Source of the DNA: Bryobacterales bacterium
GTDB taxonomy: Bacteria > Acidobacteriota > Terriglobia > Bryobacterales > UBA6623
Assembly: GCA_963668345.2 (NCBI GenBank)
Contig: CAXWPI010000003.1
Coordinates: 796,930-820,929 of the forward strand
Direction of reading: 5' to 3'
Length of the DNA: 24,000 nucleotides
Shown: one piece after another, positions 1-8,309 of the stretch
How the letters are laid out: every line of letters begins with the position of its first letter
How positions within the stretch are numbered: position 1 is the first letter of the stretch
Notes under the pieces: generated by a model
What the model was told of the DNA's origin: nothing
What the model saw: only the letters and a program-made list of their open reading frames with translations
The model's database searches: none
Program-made: the position numbers and the translations under genes

Positions 1-176
1 TTCCACTCGGTTACGCTAAGCGTGACTTTGGGATCTTTTTGGCGACGCAAGCCCTTGAGAAACCGCTGGGCGGCGCGGCGTGAAGATTCAACCGGCAGCC
101 TCTCCAGTTGCTGTAGGTAGCGCCCGGTCTCGCGCCGGACCTTGCCACCAAAGAAGGGTTCCAATAACCAACTCAT
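1..176 (-). CDS. hypothetical protein, N-terminal part only (runs off window start)
   Basis: Not in the ORF track because it is partial. The ATG at 176..174 overlaps the TGA at 175..173 of the upstream membrane-protein ORF (ATGA coupling). It reads MSWLLEPFFGGKVRRETGRYLQQLERLPVESSRRAAQRFLKGLRRQKDPKVTLSVTEW with no stop before position 1. No family recognised. Confidence 0.3.
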   Translation of the reverse strand, partial: MSWLLEPFFGGKVRRETGRYLQQLERLPVESSRRAAQRFLKGLRRQKDPKVTLSVTEW

Positions 177-510
177 GATTCCAGTCCCTTGGAAGGAAGA
201 ACCGGCGTCCACTCAACTCCCCGAACCTTCGTCTGCCGTAGGCGCTTCCGAAGCCGCCGCTCGCGAATCCAGTAAGCGCAAAGACTCACGAGGGCAAGAG
301 ACAGCAGGATGGGCAGCGGATCTGCGGAGTTGAAAGCCTGGGATAGCAGCAACGGGAACATCAGCACTAGAACGACCACGACAAGCAACTTCTGAAATGA
401 CCGCATCATGGATCCGGCGCTAGAGAAGGCAACAACGACCAACAACAGAGCTAACGCCATCTTGGGATCGACTCCGACCATGCCGCTGAGCCAGCAGAGG
501 AGCAGCAATG
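173..510 (-). pseudogene. 3' portion of a small multi-pass membrane protein gene interrupted by the IS256-family element
   Basis: ORF 173..523 is strongly hydrophobic (LLLLCWLSGMVGV, LALLLVVVAF, LLVVVVLVLMFPLLL, ILLSLALVSLCAYW). Its first 4-5 codons (MTITP) lie inside the IS inverted repeat. Joining 510 to 1933 restores an in-frame N-terminus. Confidence 0.55.
502..510. repeat. target-site duplication GCAGCAATG (left copy) of the IS256-family element
   Basis: The identical 9-mer occurs at 1924..1932, immediately outside the other inverted repeat. Confidence 0.8.
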
Positions 511-1923
511 GAGTTATTGTCAAATGTTGTGGACGGGGCGGGTCAGGCGGCGCGTTGTGGAACCATCACTCCATCCTTGAATTTCTTTCCTTCTAAGACG
601 TGGACAATCAGCTCCGAGCCGTTGAGTCTGCGCCAGCGAGCCTCCGCTTGACGGGCCAACATGAACACCATCGTCAGCGAGGCTTCGCGGCTGCCGCAGC
701 CCTTCGTCCTGCGTTGCCTCAGGCGCACCGTCGCGAACGTTGACTCGATCGGATTCGTCGTTCGCAGATGCCCCCAGTGCTCGGCCGGGAAGTCGTAAAA
801 CGTCAATACGACCTCGCGGTCCTTTTCGAGGCACGCAACGGCCTTGGGATACTTCACCTCGTAGAGGCCGGCGAAGTGATCCATCGCCCCCTCCGCCGCT
901 GTTCGGCTCTCGGCCAGATAAATGTTGTGTAGCGCGCTCTTGGCTTTGCCCTGCATACTCTTGGGCAACTTGTCGAGCACGTTCGCCGTCTTGTGCACCC
1001 AACAGCGTTGTTCGCGCGTCGTCGGATACACCTTCTGCAGCGCCGCCCAAAAGCCCAAACTGCCGTCGCCCACCGCCAACTTCGGCGGAACCTCCAGGCC
1101 GCGCCGCTTCCAGTCTTCGAGCAACTCCGTCCAGGACAACTCGCTTTCGCGAAAGCCGTCATGCACCGCCAACAGTTGCTTGCGGCCGTCGGCCAAGGCA
1201 CCGATAACACCCAATAAACACTGCCGTTCATCGTCCAAACGGATGTTCGAGTAGATGCCGTCCGCCCACAGGTAGACGAAGCGTTGACCCTCGAGCGAGC
1301 GCTTCGACCAGGTCTCGTATTCCTCGCGCCAGACTTGCTTGAGACGCACCACCGTGGTCGCTGACAAGCCCGGCGCGGCGGGTCCGAGCAGGGCTTTCAG
1401 CGCATCTGAAAAGTCACCCGTCGAGATGCCTTTCAGATACAGCCAGGGGATCAGCTCTTCGACGCTTTTGGTGCGCCGCAGGTAGGGCGGCAGAATCTCG
1501 GACGTGAATCGAAACTTGTTGCCGTCTTCATCGACACGGCGATCGTTGACTCGCGGGGCGCGTACTTTCAGGGTTCCGACACCGCTGACGAGGGTGCGTT
1601 CGTTGGCGCAGCCGTTGCGCACCACCAATCGCCGCCCCTGGTCGTCGATTTCGTCGCGATGCGCGTCGACGTAGGCGGCGGCTTCGGCCTCGACGGCTTG
1701 GACCAACATGCGCCGTGCTCCGTGCCGCAGCACCTCGTCCAGTTCGCTAAGCTCGCTGACCGAGACCACCTTTGGGCCTACTTGACTCTCTTCGGAAATC
1801 GCTTCAAACTCTCTCATGGCGTATCCTTTCATTCCTTTCTGGGAAGCGGTCAAACACTGAATTCAACCGCTAGGATACGCCGCCCTTCCCTACGCCCTCA
1901 TCCACAACTTTCGGTTATAACTC
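511..1923 (-). mobile_element. IS256-family insertion sequence, 1413 bp
   Basis: Imperfect terminal inverted repeats: GAGTTATTGTCAAATGTTGTGGACGGGGCG (511..540) versus the reverse complement of 1894..1923, GAGTTATAACCGAAAGTTGTGGATGAGGGC (about 22/30 matched by hand). It has one Mutator-type transposase ORF and is flanked by a 9-bp direct repeat. Confidence 0.85.
543..1817 (-). CDS. IS256-family (Mutator-type) transposase
   Basis: The translation has the typical family layout (GARRMLVQAVEAEAAAYV, YLWADGIY, CWVHKTANVLDKLPK, TTNPIESTF). I prefer the ATG at 1817 (MREFEAISEE), which has AAAGGA 7 nt upstream, over the TTG at 1853 given by the track. Confidence 0.9.
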   Translation of the reverse strand: MREFEAISEESQVGPKVVSVSELSELDEVLRHGARRMLVQAVEAEAAAYVDAHRDEIDDQGRRLVVRNGCANERTLVSGVGTLKVRAPRVNDRRVDEDGNKFRFTSEILPPYLRRTKSVEELIPWLYLKGISTGDFSDALKALLGPAAPGLSATTVVRLKQVWREEYETWSKRSLEGQRFVYLWADGIYSNIRLDDERQCLLGVIGALADGRKQLLAVHDGFRESELSWTELLEDWKRRGLEVPPKLAVGDGSLGFWAALQKVYPTTREQRCWVHKTANVLDKLPKSMQGKAKSALHNIYLAESRTAAEGAMDHFAGLYEVKYPKAVACLEKDREVVLTFYDFPAEHWGHLRTTNPIESTFATVRLRQRRTKGCGSREASLTMVFMLARQAEARWRRLNGSELIVHVLEGKKFKDGVMVPQRAA

Positions 1924-1932
1924 GCAGCAATG
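1924..1932. repeat. target-site duplication GCAGCAATG (right copy) of the IS256-family element
   Basis: Identical to 502..510. Confidence 0.8.
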
Positions 1933-1981
1933 CCCCGACACCGCGAAGGATCATCCCGAATAAACGATTTTGGAATCCCAT
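1924..1981 (-). pseudogene. 5' portion of the IS256-interrupted membrane protein gene (includes right TSD copy)
   Basis: The ATG at 1981..1979 is preceded by AGGAGAACAAAG (GGAG about 9 nt upstream). It reads MGFQNRLFGMILRGVGA, then continues in frame across the TSD into LLLLCWLSG... at 501 downward. Confidence 0.5.
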
Positions 1982-2004
1982 CTTTGTTCTCCTGGAATTT
2001 CCCC

Positions 2005-2421
2005 TCAATCCCCTTGTAGCGGGGGAAGACGGCGATCAATGCGAAATGTCTCGACCGAGGCGCCGGCTTCGGCGAAGAAGCCCAACCAGAACTCTTTGAG
2101 ACTCGATAGGTAACGGCCGCCGGCGGCGATCGCCGCTCGATTTTGAAGGACGCCAATCGTGAGTCGTTCATGAGTCCGGGGTTAATCGTTGAATCTCCGC
2201 CTCGAAGCGATCCGCGATCGTCCTACGGTGGGATCCTTTCTTGGCTCGCGCAAAAGCTCGCAGAATCAGTCGTGGGAATGATTCTCTACGAAACGCGCGT
2301 ACCGGCCTACATTCGCTTCGTCGTCCAGCTTCCGCGCCAGTTGCAACGCAAAGAATTCCGAGATGGACTGTGGCCGGAAGGGACGAATCGCCGCCCCGCT
2401 CCAGTCGAGAAGATCAGACAT
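2005..2421 (-). pseudogene. small gene of unknown function, apparently broken by two or more frame changes
   Basis: Three consecutive protein-like segments lie in three different frames. (a) ATG 2421 MSDLLDWSGAAIRPFRPQSISEFFALQLARKLDDEANVGRYARFVENHSHD*. (b) LILRAFARAKKGSHRRTIADRFEAEIQRLTPDS*. (c) ERLTIGVLQNRAAIAAGGRYLSSLKEFWLGFFAEAGASVETFRIDRRLPPLQGD*, with stop at 2007..2005. The tracked 93-aa ORF 1890..2171 is R/S/P-rich and looks like a shadow frame. Confidence 0.3.
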
Positions 2422-2443
2422 CGGTTGTGTCGGTTAATGATCG

Positions 2444-3051
2444 TTAGAAGAGAGCCAACTGGCCTTTGCCCGCCAATTGATCTTCGTCGTTTCGGACTTC
2501 GCCCTTGAGTTGGCGATAAATCTTCGAGTACAGAAAAGCTGCCGGGATGCGGTAGAGAATCGTCTTTCCCACGGTAAAGGAAACTACCAACGCATCCGCA
2601 CAGGAACTCGCGGGAAGATTATCGATCGAGGCGCCTAGGCTCTGGGCGGCATCTGCCAAGTACCAAATGCCGTGCTCATCGGCCACTTGTCGCAGGGCCT
2701 GAGTATCAGAGGGGTTCCGAACACGTCGACAGCAAGAATCGCTCGAGTTTGGGGGGTGATGCGCGCGCGGACTGAGGCGGGATCCAATCCGAGGGTTAGA
2801 GCATCGACGTCGGCGAAGATTGGGTGGTTGCCAAGCAAGAGCCAGCCGGCCAACGATGCCCCGTAAGTATAAGGGGTGGTTACGAATTCAGAGTTTCTGC
2901 ATCCGGTCGCCCATGCAACGGCAAGCAGACCTAGAGTCGCGTTGGAGACGCATAGGGCATGGCGCAACCCGTAGAAACCCCTCAGGTGAGCCTCCAGATC
3001 GGCCACCGCCCCCAGGCCGCTGAGTTGTGCCCTCAGGTCACAGGTTGGCAT
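2444..3051 (-). pseudogene. DegT/DnrJ/EryC1/StrS-family PLP aminotransferase remnant (frameshifted, C-terminal half missing)
   Basis: ORF 2635..3051 carries HALCVSNATLGLLAVAWA, EFVTTPYTYGAS, PIFADVD and RTRAILAVDVFG. After a frame change near the G4 run at 2711..2714, ORF 2444..2686 continues with PSDTQALRQVADEHGIWYLADAAQSLGAS and SFTVGKT (candidate PLP lysine). It then ends after about 200 residues in total, against roughly 370 typical for the family. The start overlaps the AAA stop by 14 nt. Confidence 0.6.
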
Positions 3052-4852
3052 GAGGTTTGAGCGCCTCCAGACGCTTGCCCAACTCCGACGCGTCGACTTC
3101 CCCGGTGGCCGTGTCGACGATGCCCTCCAAGTGCGGAGGGAAGGGATACTGAGCGGGATTGCGACTCCACGGCAGAAATGATCGCGACGAGCAGGCCTTG
3201 ATCGCCCAAAGGTCGCTGTAAACGACCGATCCGGAATCGATCGATTCTACCAAATCATGGGCGGCGAACAGGACGGCGTCGGCGTCGAGGTTGCCTCTCA
3301 ACAGCAGGGCATTTCCGAGCGCTGTCCGGATATGGCGCGGCGTTGCACCTTTCTGAAAGAACACTTCGGCCGCCTGTCGAACCTTGGGCTCGGTCGCCTC
3401 AACTGCATACTCGGGATCAATACGCTTTGCCGTCGCCTCGATAATGCCGGGCAGGTCCCCTTCCAAAGGCTGAAGCACCGGCAGGATAACGAAACGGGAG
3501 CGCATGGCTGCTCCCATACGCTAAGGACAGTTGGCGGTGGCGAGAAGCAGCGAGCGGCCCCTACCGGATTCGTCGCTGAGAGCCGAGAGCATGGCGGCGG
3601 TCACGGCACGAGACGCCCCGGAATCCCCGTCGAAGTCGCTACGCTCCAACGGCATCGCTTCCGTAATTTCGTCCACGAAGGCGACGTTGGGAGTCCATTC
3701 CTTCAATGCTAGGTATTGCAGTCTGCACTTGCGTTCCGTCTCCCCGACGATACCGCCCTTGGGACTGTTCATCCGGTAGGCCGCAACTTGCGCCTGAGAA
3801 GCTGTCAGAATGGCCAGGTCTGTCTTGCCGGTCCCCGGTGAGCCCACTAGCAGAAGTTGGGCTGGCACGTTAGGGTTGCCTTGCCGGGGCTTTTCCGCAA
3901 AGGAATCCAGAACGTATCGGGGAACTTCCATGTTCGTGCCTCTCAGGTCCAGACGTTCCACGCGAGACGTGTCCAGCACGGTCAGGGTTTGCTCAGATAT
4001 CTCCTCGACGTCGTGGCTTTTCCGTTCGATCAGTTCGGACACAGAAAGTTTCCGGCCCGTCCTGTGCGACGAACGCAGCAACGTCTCCAGACTCCGGTTC
4101 GGGGTGCGTGCTGTCAGACGAACCACTTCTTCCCCGGACAACGGAGCCTGAAATGAGGCCTTGGGATAGACGCGAGTCGCAGCGTCCAGAAACACCTTCT
4201 TTTCGGTGGCGTCGGGTTGAGCCAGGCGGATAGGTCGCAGAGCCCCGGAGACCAACTCATCAACCAAGCCGTCGCTGCGGGAATGGAACAACACGAGATT
4301 GCCGCTTTGTCGAAGCGCCAGCGATTGGGCGTTCGTGTGCGCGAGTTCAATCGCAATAAGTTGCTCGTTGGTTTGCGTTCCGTTGGCCAGCGCTGGCGTC
4401 AAATGCTCAGAGAACTCGAGCAAGAAAGCGAACCGCAACGGGCTACCGTCGGCCCACTTAAGTCCGTCGGTTGCGGCACGGCTGAGCTGGGAAACCCCTC
4501 GAATGATCCTGACAGTTTCGCTTTGATCCTGAGGCAAATTGAGCAGTCCATGCACCCGGAGAGCATTTTCGACGGTTTGCCGGTTGCGGTTGTCCGTTAG
4601 CCCCTCCTTGTCCCAGTCCAAACCGCCCGCCAGCGAATAGCGGACAAACGCCATCCCGTAACGCCGCCGACAGATGAGACGTAGGGATTCGACTAAAGGA
4701 CGTAGCTTTCCCTCGTCGACGACCAAATCATAGAGGGAGCGGCCGGTCAGCAGGAGCGCCGACTGGCCTTCTTCGTGCGCACACAGGATCGGCTCAAGGA
4801 CAGCTGGAGCCGTCTCTTGAACTGACGACCGGTTGAGATTGCGGGCGATCAT
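3038..4852 (-). pseudogene. AAA+ ATPase (Ycf46-like architecture) interrupted by a single in-frame TAG at 3523..3521
   Basis: ORFs 3521..4852 and 3038..3517 are in the same frame, separated only by TAG-CGT-ATG. Walker A is LLLVGSPGTGKT, Walker B is NVAFVDEI, then DSGASRAV and sensor-1 LLLATANCP, then * RMGAAMRSRFVILPVLQPL (Arg-finger segment) in the second ORF. The N-terminal ~330 aa look like a degenerate AAA-like domain (ALLLTGRS, RFAFLLEFSEHL, NLVLFHSRS). Confidence 0.75.
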
Positions 4853-4974
4853 CTTGCTACCTGCCTTACGATCGGATTTGGGCGACGTGGGCGTTTGTCC
4901 CGCTGCGATTTAGGCGTCGACTGTTGTTTTACCGAAGGCGTCCGGGGTCGAACCGCCCGCCTGACGAATTCTCG
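4849..4974 (-). pseudogene. 3' end of the IS21-interrupted gene (basic K/R/P-rich tail), stop overlaps the AAA start (ATGA)
   Basis: It reads (RE)FVRRAVRPRTPSVKQQSTPKSQRDKRPRRPNPIVRQVAR*, in the same frame as ORF 7462..8298 once the IS and one TSD copy are removed. The tracked 80-aa ORF 4849..5091 starts inside the IS left end. Confidence 0.6.
4967..4974. repeat. target-site duplication AATTCTCG (left copy) of the IS21-family element
   Basis: The identical 8-mer occurs at 7529..7536, directly outside the other IS end. Confidence 0.8.
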
Positions 4975-5098
4975 TGAGAACGGCGGAGCGAAACTAGACC
5001 ATAGAGCGGCGAATCGAAGCTGCTTTTGGGCGGAGTAAAAGTAGACCGTCCGAGTGGTCCAGCGAACATTCCTGTGGTGTTTGTGGGACACGAGAGGG

Positions 5099-6598
5099 AT
5101 GTATCGCGTGGAGCTATACGCTCAAGTACGGCGCAGTGTCTTTGTCGAAGGGCTCAGTGAGCGCGAGGCCGCCAAACGGTTTGGCCTGGCGCGAGGGACG
5201 GTGCGCAAGATGTTGCGCTACGCCACCCCGCCGGGCTATCGGCGGCGCCAACCAGCGCAGAGGCCGAAGCTGGATCCCTTCACCGGAATCGTCGATCAGA
5301 TCCTCATCGACGATCAGGAACGTCCGAAGAAACAACGCCACACCGCAAAACGCATCTTCGACCGCTTGCGCGACGAGTACGATTTCACCGGCGGTTACAC
5401 GATCGTCAAGGACTATGTTCGCGACAAGAAGCTCGGCGGGCAAGAGATGTTCGTGCCGCTGGTGCATCCGCCGGGCGATGCCCAGGCCGACTTCGGTGAA
5501 GCTCTGGTGGTCATTGACGGCGTACAGCGCAAGGCGCACTACTTGGTGGTCGATCTGCCGCATAGCGATGACGCTTTCGTAAAAGCTTTCCCGGCCGAGA
5601 CGACGGAAGCGTTTTGCGAGGGGCACAACGCAGCGTTTCGGTACTTCGGCGGCGTGCCACGCAGCATCCTCTACGACAACACGACCTTGGCGGTGGCGAG
5701 GATTCTGGGCGACGGCAGGCGCAAGCGGACCAGGGTGTTCAGTGAACTGCAGTCGCACTATTTATTCTCCGATCGTTTCGGGCGTCCGGGCAAAGGCAAC
5801 GACAAGGGAAAGGTGGAAGGACTGGTCGGTTATGCCCGGCGGAACTTCATGGTGCCGGCGCCAAGGTTTCCAAGCTGGGAAGCGTTCAACGAGCAGCTCG
5901 AAGCGCAGTGCCTCAACAATCGTAAGCGGCGCTTGCGGCGGCACACCGAAACGATTGAGGAACGTTTCAAGCGTGACCGCCAAGCGTTGTTGCCCTTGCC
6001 GCCCACGCCCTATGACGCCTGCGACAAACGCACCACGCTGGTGACGTCGCTGTCATTGGTGCGCTATCGCGCCAACGACTACTCGGTGCCCACACGCTAC
6101 GGACATCGCCAGGTGTTGCTGAAAGGCTACGTCGATGAAATCGTGATCTGTTGTGGCAGCGAAGAGATCGCGCGCCACCGGCGCAGTTACGAACGCGAAG
6201 AGTTGATCTTCGATCCGCTGCATTACCTAGCACTGCTGGAACGCAAGACCAACGCGCTCGATCAAGCGGCCCCGTTGGCGGGCTGGGAGCTGCCCGAACA
6301 GTTCACGTGCTTGAGACGTTTGCTCGAGGCACGGTTGGGAAAGCCAGGCAAGCGCGAGTACGTGCAGGTATTGCGATTACTGGAGGACTTCCGATTCGAG
6401 CACGTTGCCGCGGCGGTGCGCCAAGCCTGCGAGTTGGGAGCGATTGGCTTGGATGCAGTCAGGCACTTAGTGCTGTGCCGCATCGAGCAACGGCCGCCGC
6501 GCTTGGACTTGACGAAGTATCCGCACCTGACGGCAGCCCAGGTGGAGCAAACCTCCGCTGCGGACTATTTGGCACTGCTGGCACAAGGAGGGGGGTAA
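5099..6598 (+). CDS. istA: IS21-family transposase IstA
   Basis: N-terminal HTH (GLSEREAAKRFGLARGTVRKMLRY), an integrase-core-like middle (ADFGEA, LVVDLPHSD, ILYDN) and a typical IstA C-terminus. I prefer the ATG at 5099 (MYRVELYAQ) over the track start at 5054. Confidence 0.9.
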   Translation: MYRVELYAQVRRSVFVEGLSEREAAKRFGLARGTVRKMLRYATPPGYRRRQPAQRPKLDPFTGIVDQILIDDQERPKKQRHTAKRIFDRLRDEYDFTGGYTIVKDYVRDKKLGGQEMFVPLVHPPGDAQADFGEALVVIDGVQRKAHYLVVDLPHSDDAFVKAFPAETTEAFCEGHNAAFRYFGGVPRSILYDNTTLAVARILGDGRRKRTRVFSELQSHYLFSDRFGRPGKGNDKGKVEGLVGYARRNFMVPAPRFPSWEAFNEQLEAQCLNNRKRRLRRHTETIEERFKRDRQALLPLPPTPYDACDKRTTLVTSLSLVRYRANDYSVPTRYGHRQVLLKGYVDEIVICCGSEEIARHRRSYEREELIFDPLHYLALLERKTNALDQAAPLAGWELPEQFTCLRRLLEARLGKPGKREYVQVLRLLEDFRFEHVAAAVRQACELGAIGLDAVRHLVLCRIEQRPPRLDLTKYPHLTAAQVEQTSAADYLALLAQGGG

Positions 6599-7359
6599 TG
6601 GCGAGGTCGAAACTTCTGCTCGAAGCGCATTTGAAAGCGTTGCGGCTGCCAACCTTCCTGCGCGAGTACGACAAACTGGCGCCGCAATGCGCCGCCGAGA
6701 GCTTGGATTCGAGGAGCTTCCTGCAACAACTCTGCGAGCTGGAACTGCTCGACCGTGAACAGCGGGCCACCGAGCGCCGCATCAAGGCCGCGAAGTTTCC
6801 CGTGACCAAGAGTCTGGACACTTTCGACTTCCCGTCCTTGCCAGCGTTGAACAAGAAGCTGGTGCTGGAACTGGCGCGCTGTGAGTTTATCGACCGCCGC
6901 GAAAACGTGCTGGCACTGGGTAATTCCGGCACGGGCAAAACGCACATCGGCTTGGCGTTGGGACTGGCGGCTTGTCAGCGCGGCTATCGAACACGCTTCA
7001 CAACAGCGGCGGCACTGGTCAATGAGCTGCTCGAAGCCCGAGATGAACGGCGCTTGCTGCGATGTCAAAAGCAGTTGGCCAAGCAGGATCTGCTGATCGT
7101 CGATGAACTGGGCTACGTGCCGCTATCGAAGACCGGAGCGGAGTTATTGTTCGAAGTGTTTTCCCAGCGCTACGAACAGGGCTCGACGCTGGTCACCTCG
7201 AATCTGCCGTTTAACGAATGGACGGAGGTCTTCGGCTCCGAGCGGCTGACCGGCGCCCTGCTCGATCGCCTCACGCACCACGTTCATATTCTAGAGATGA
7301 ACGGCGAAAGCTTCCGTCTGATCCAGAGCAAGAAGAAGCGGGCTCACTCTTTGGGCTGA
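6598..7359 (+). CDS. istB: IS21-family helper ATPase IstB
   Basis: MARSKLLLEAHLKALRLP..., Walker A LGNSGTGKTH, Walker B DLLIVDELGY, and LDRLTHHVHILEMNGESFR. The ATG at 6598..6600 overlaps the istA TAA. The 402-aa tracked ORF is an upstream over-extension. Confidence 0.9.
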   Translation: MARSKLLLEAHLKALRLPTFLREYDKLAPQCAAESLDSRSFLQQLCELELLDREQRATERRIKAAKFPVTKSLDTFDFPSLPALNKKLVLELARCEFIDRRENVLALGNSGTGKTHIGLALGLAACQRGYRTRFTTAAALVNELLEARDERRLLRCQKQLAKQDLLIVDELGYVPLSKTGAELLFEVFSQRYEQGSTLVTSNLPFNEWTEVFGSERLTGALLDRLTHHVHILEMNGESFRLIQSKKKRAHSLG

Positions 7360-7528
7360 CCCACCGGCCACTCGCCCGGTTTTCGTGGGACGGCCTCCAC
7401 TACGCCTGGGCCGCCCTAAAGGGCGACCGCAGGCTCCGTTCCAGCCGTCCCACGAAAACCGCTACCCCTTCACCAACTGGTCTACTTTTGCTCCGCCGAA
7501 GTGGTCCAAATTTACTCCGCCCTTGACA

Positions 7529-7536
7529 AATTCTCG
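7529..7536. repeat. target-site duplication AATTCTCG (right copy) of the IS21-family element
   Basis: Identical to 4967..4974. Confidence 0.8.
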
Positions 7537-8298
7537 GGCGGCTGTGAGTTCACACACTCCCCCGGTGAACTTTCGGTCCGGGGGATCACCGCGCACGCCC
7601 TGGGCCTCGAGGGCGTCGTCAAAGGCATCCAGTAGTTCGTTGCACGTCCCATCGTGGACACCGACTACCTCCGTCGCTAGGTTTGTATGGCCCTGCTCGT
7701 CGGTGTGAATCTCCACTACGAGCGACTGTCCGTTAGCGTGAGACGCGACCAGCCGGTGTCGATTGTCGATGGCAGCAGGAACCGCTTCGATGCGGTCGAA
7801 GCCAAGCTGCGAGCAGGCGTTCCCACAAGCGGCGGTAAGGCTCTGGACGAAGACTGCTCGATGCTCAGACTGCAGAGTCTGATAAAGAGCCTCCCGGGAT
7901 CGAACGCCATCTCGAAGGTTATTTGCCGTTACCAAATTGTGGACGGCGTTGCGGACCGCTGAACCGTCTTGCACCCAGCAGGGTGATTGGTCGATATGGA
8001 GCAACGTCGAAACCTTCAGGGCCTCGACCGGGGAAATCCCCCTCCCCACGGCTTCGCGCGAATCCGCCGTCACATTCTTATGGGTCTTCGCTAGACCGCT
8101 CCCCGAGGGAATCGTCGACCTGTCAAGCCTCGAGCGCGAATCTTTGTGTCTCCGGAAAGCATCTCGGCTATCGGACCGCAACGAGGACACCGCGGCGGAT
8201 ATGAATTCGCGAGCGAGGTAGGCTCCACCGGCAAGCACGGCGGCGATCAAAGCGCTCGAAACACTGTGGACTCTCGGTCTAGAACTGACGGCGCTCAT
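7529..8298 (-). pseudogene. 5' 257 codons of the IS21-interrupted gene: N-terminal TM helix plus a C-terminal DUF2997-like module
   Basis: The ATG at 8298 is preceded by GGGAGAAAACCG. The TM segment is VSSALIAAVLAGGAYLA. The C-terminal block LVVEIHTDEQGHTNLATEVVGVHDGTCNELLDAFDDALEAQG fits the pattern I remember for DUF2997 (short beta-hairpin then G-x2-G-x2-C-x-E ... ALG). The last 21 tracked residues (VKGGVNLDHFGG...) are read-through into the IS right end. Confidence 0.6.
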
Positions 8299-8309
8299 CG
8301 GTTTTCTCC

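Larger units (their letters stand above)
4975..7528 (+). mobile_element. IS21-family insertion sequence, 2554 bp (istA-istB)
   Basis: The ends are TG...CA. The left end is TGAGAACGGCGGAGCGAAACTAGACCA; the reverse complement of the right end is TGTCAAGGGCGGAGTAAATTTGGACCA (19/27 by hand). A second internal GGCGGAG(Y)AAAAGTAGACC repeat sits at each end (5028..5047 and 7474..7493). The istA stop and istB start overlap (TAATG). The element is flanked by an 8-bp direct repeat. Confidence 0.85.

Noticed and set aside
520-1254. Several 74-176-aa ORFs overlapping the IS256 transposase gene in other frames or on the other strand
   Set aside because: All overlap a gene with a clear family signature. 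They are low-complexity R/P/S/A-rich translations.
1890-2171. 93-aa ORF MNDSRLASFKIERRSPP...
   Set aside because: It is R/S/P-rich and runs into the IS256 end. A different frame over the same DNA gives a much more protein-like translation (ERLTIGVLQNRAAIAAGGRYLSSLKEFWLGFFAEAG...), so this frame is treated as a shadow.
5114-5758. 214-aa minus-strand ORF inside istA
   Set aside because: Antisense shadow of the transposase gene, with no motifs.
6151-6597. N-terminal extension of the 402-aa tracked ORF upstream of istB
   Set aside because: This part overlaps the istA 3' end in another frame and is Arg/Ala-rich nonsense. The conserved IstB sequence begins at the ATG at 6598, which overlaps the istA stop.
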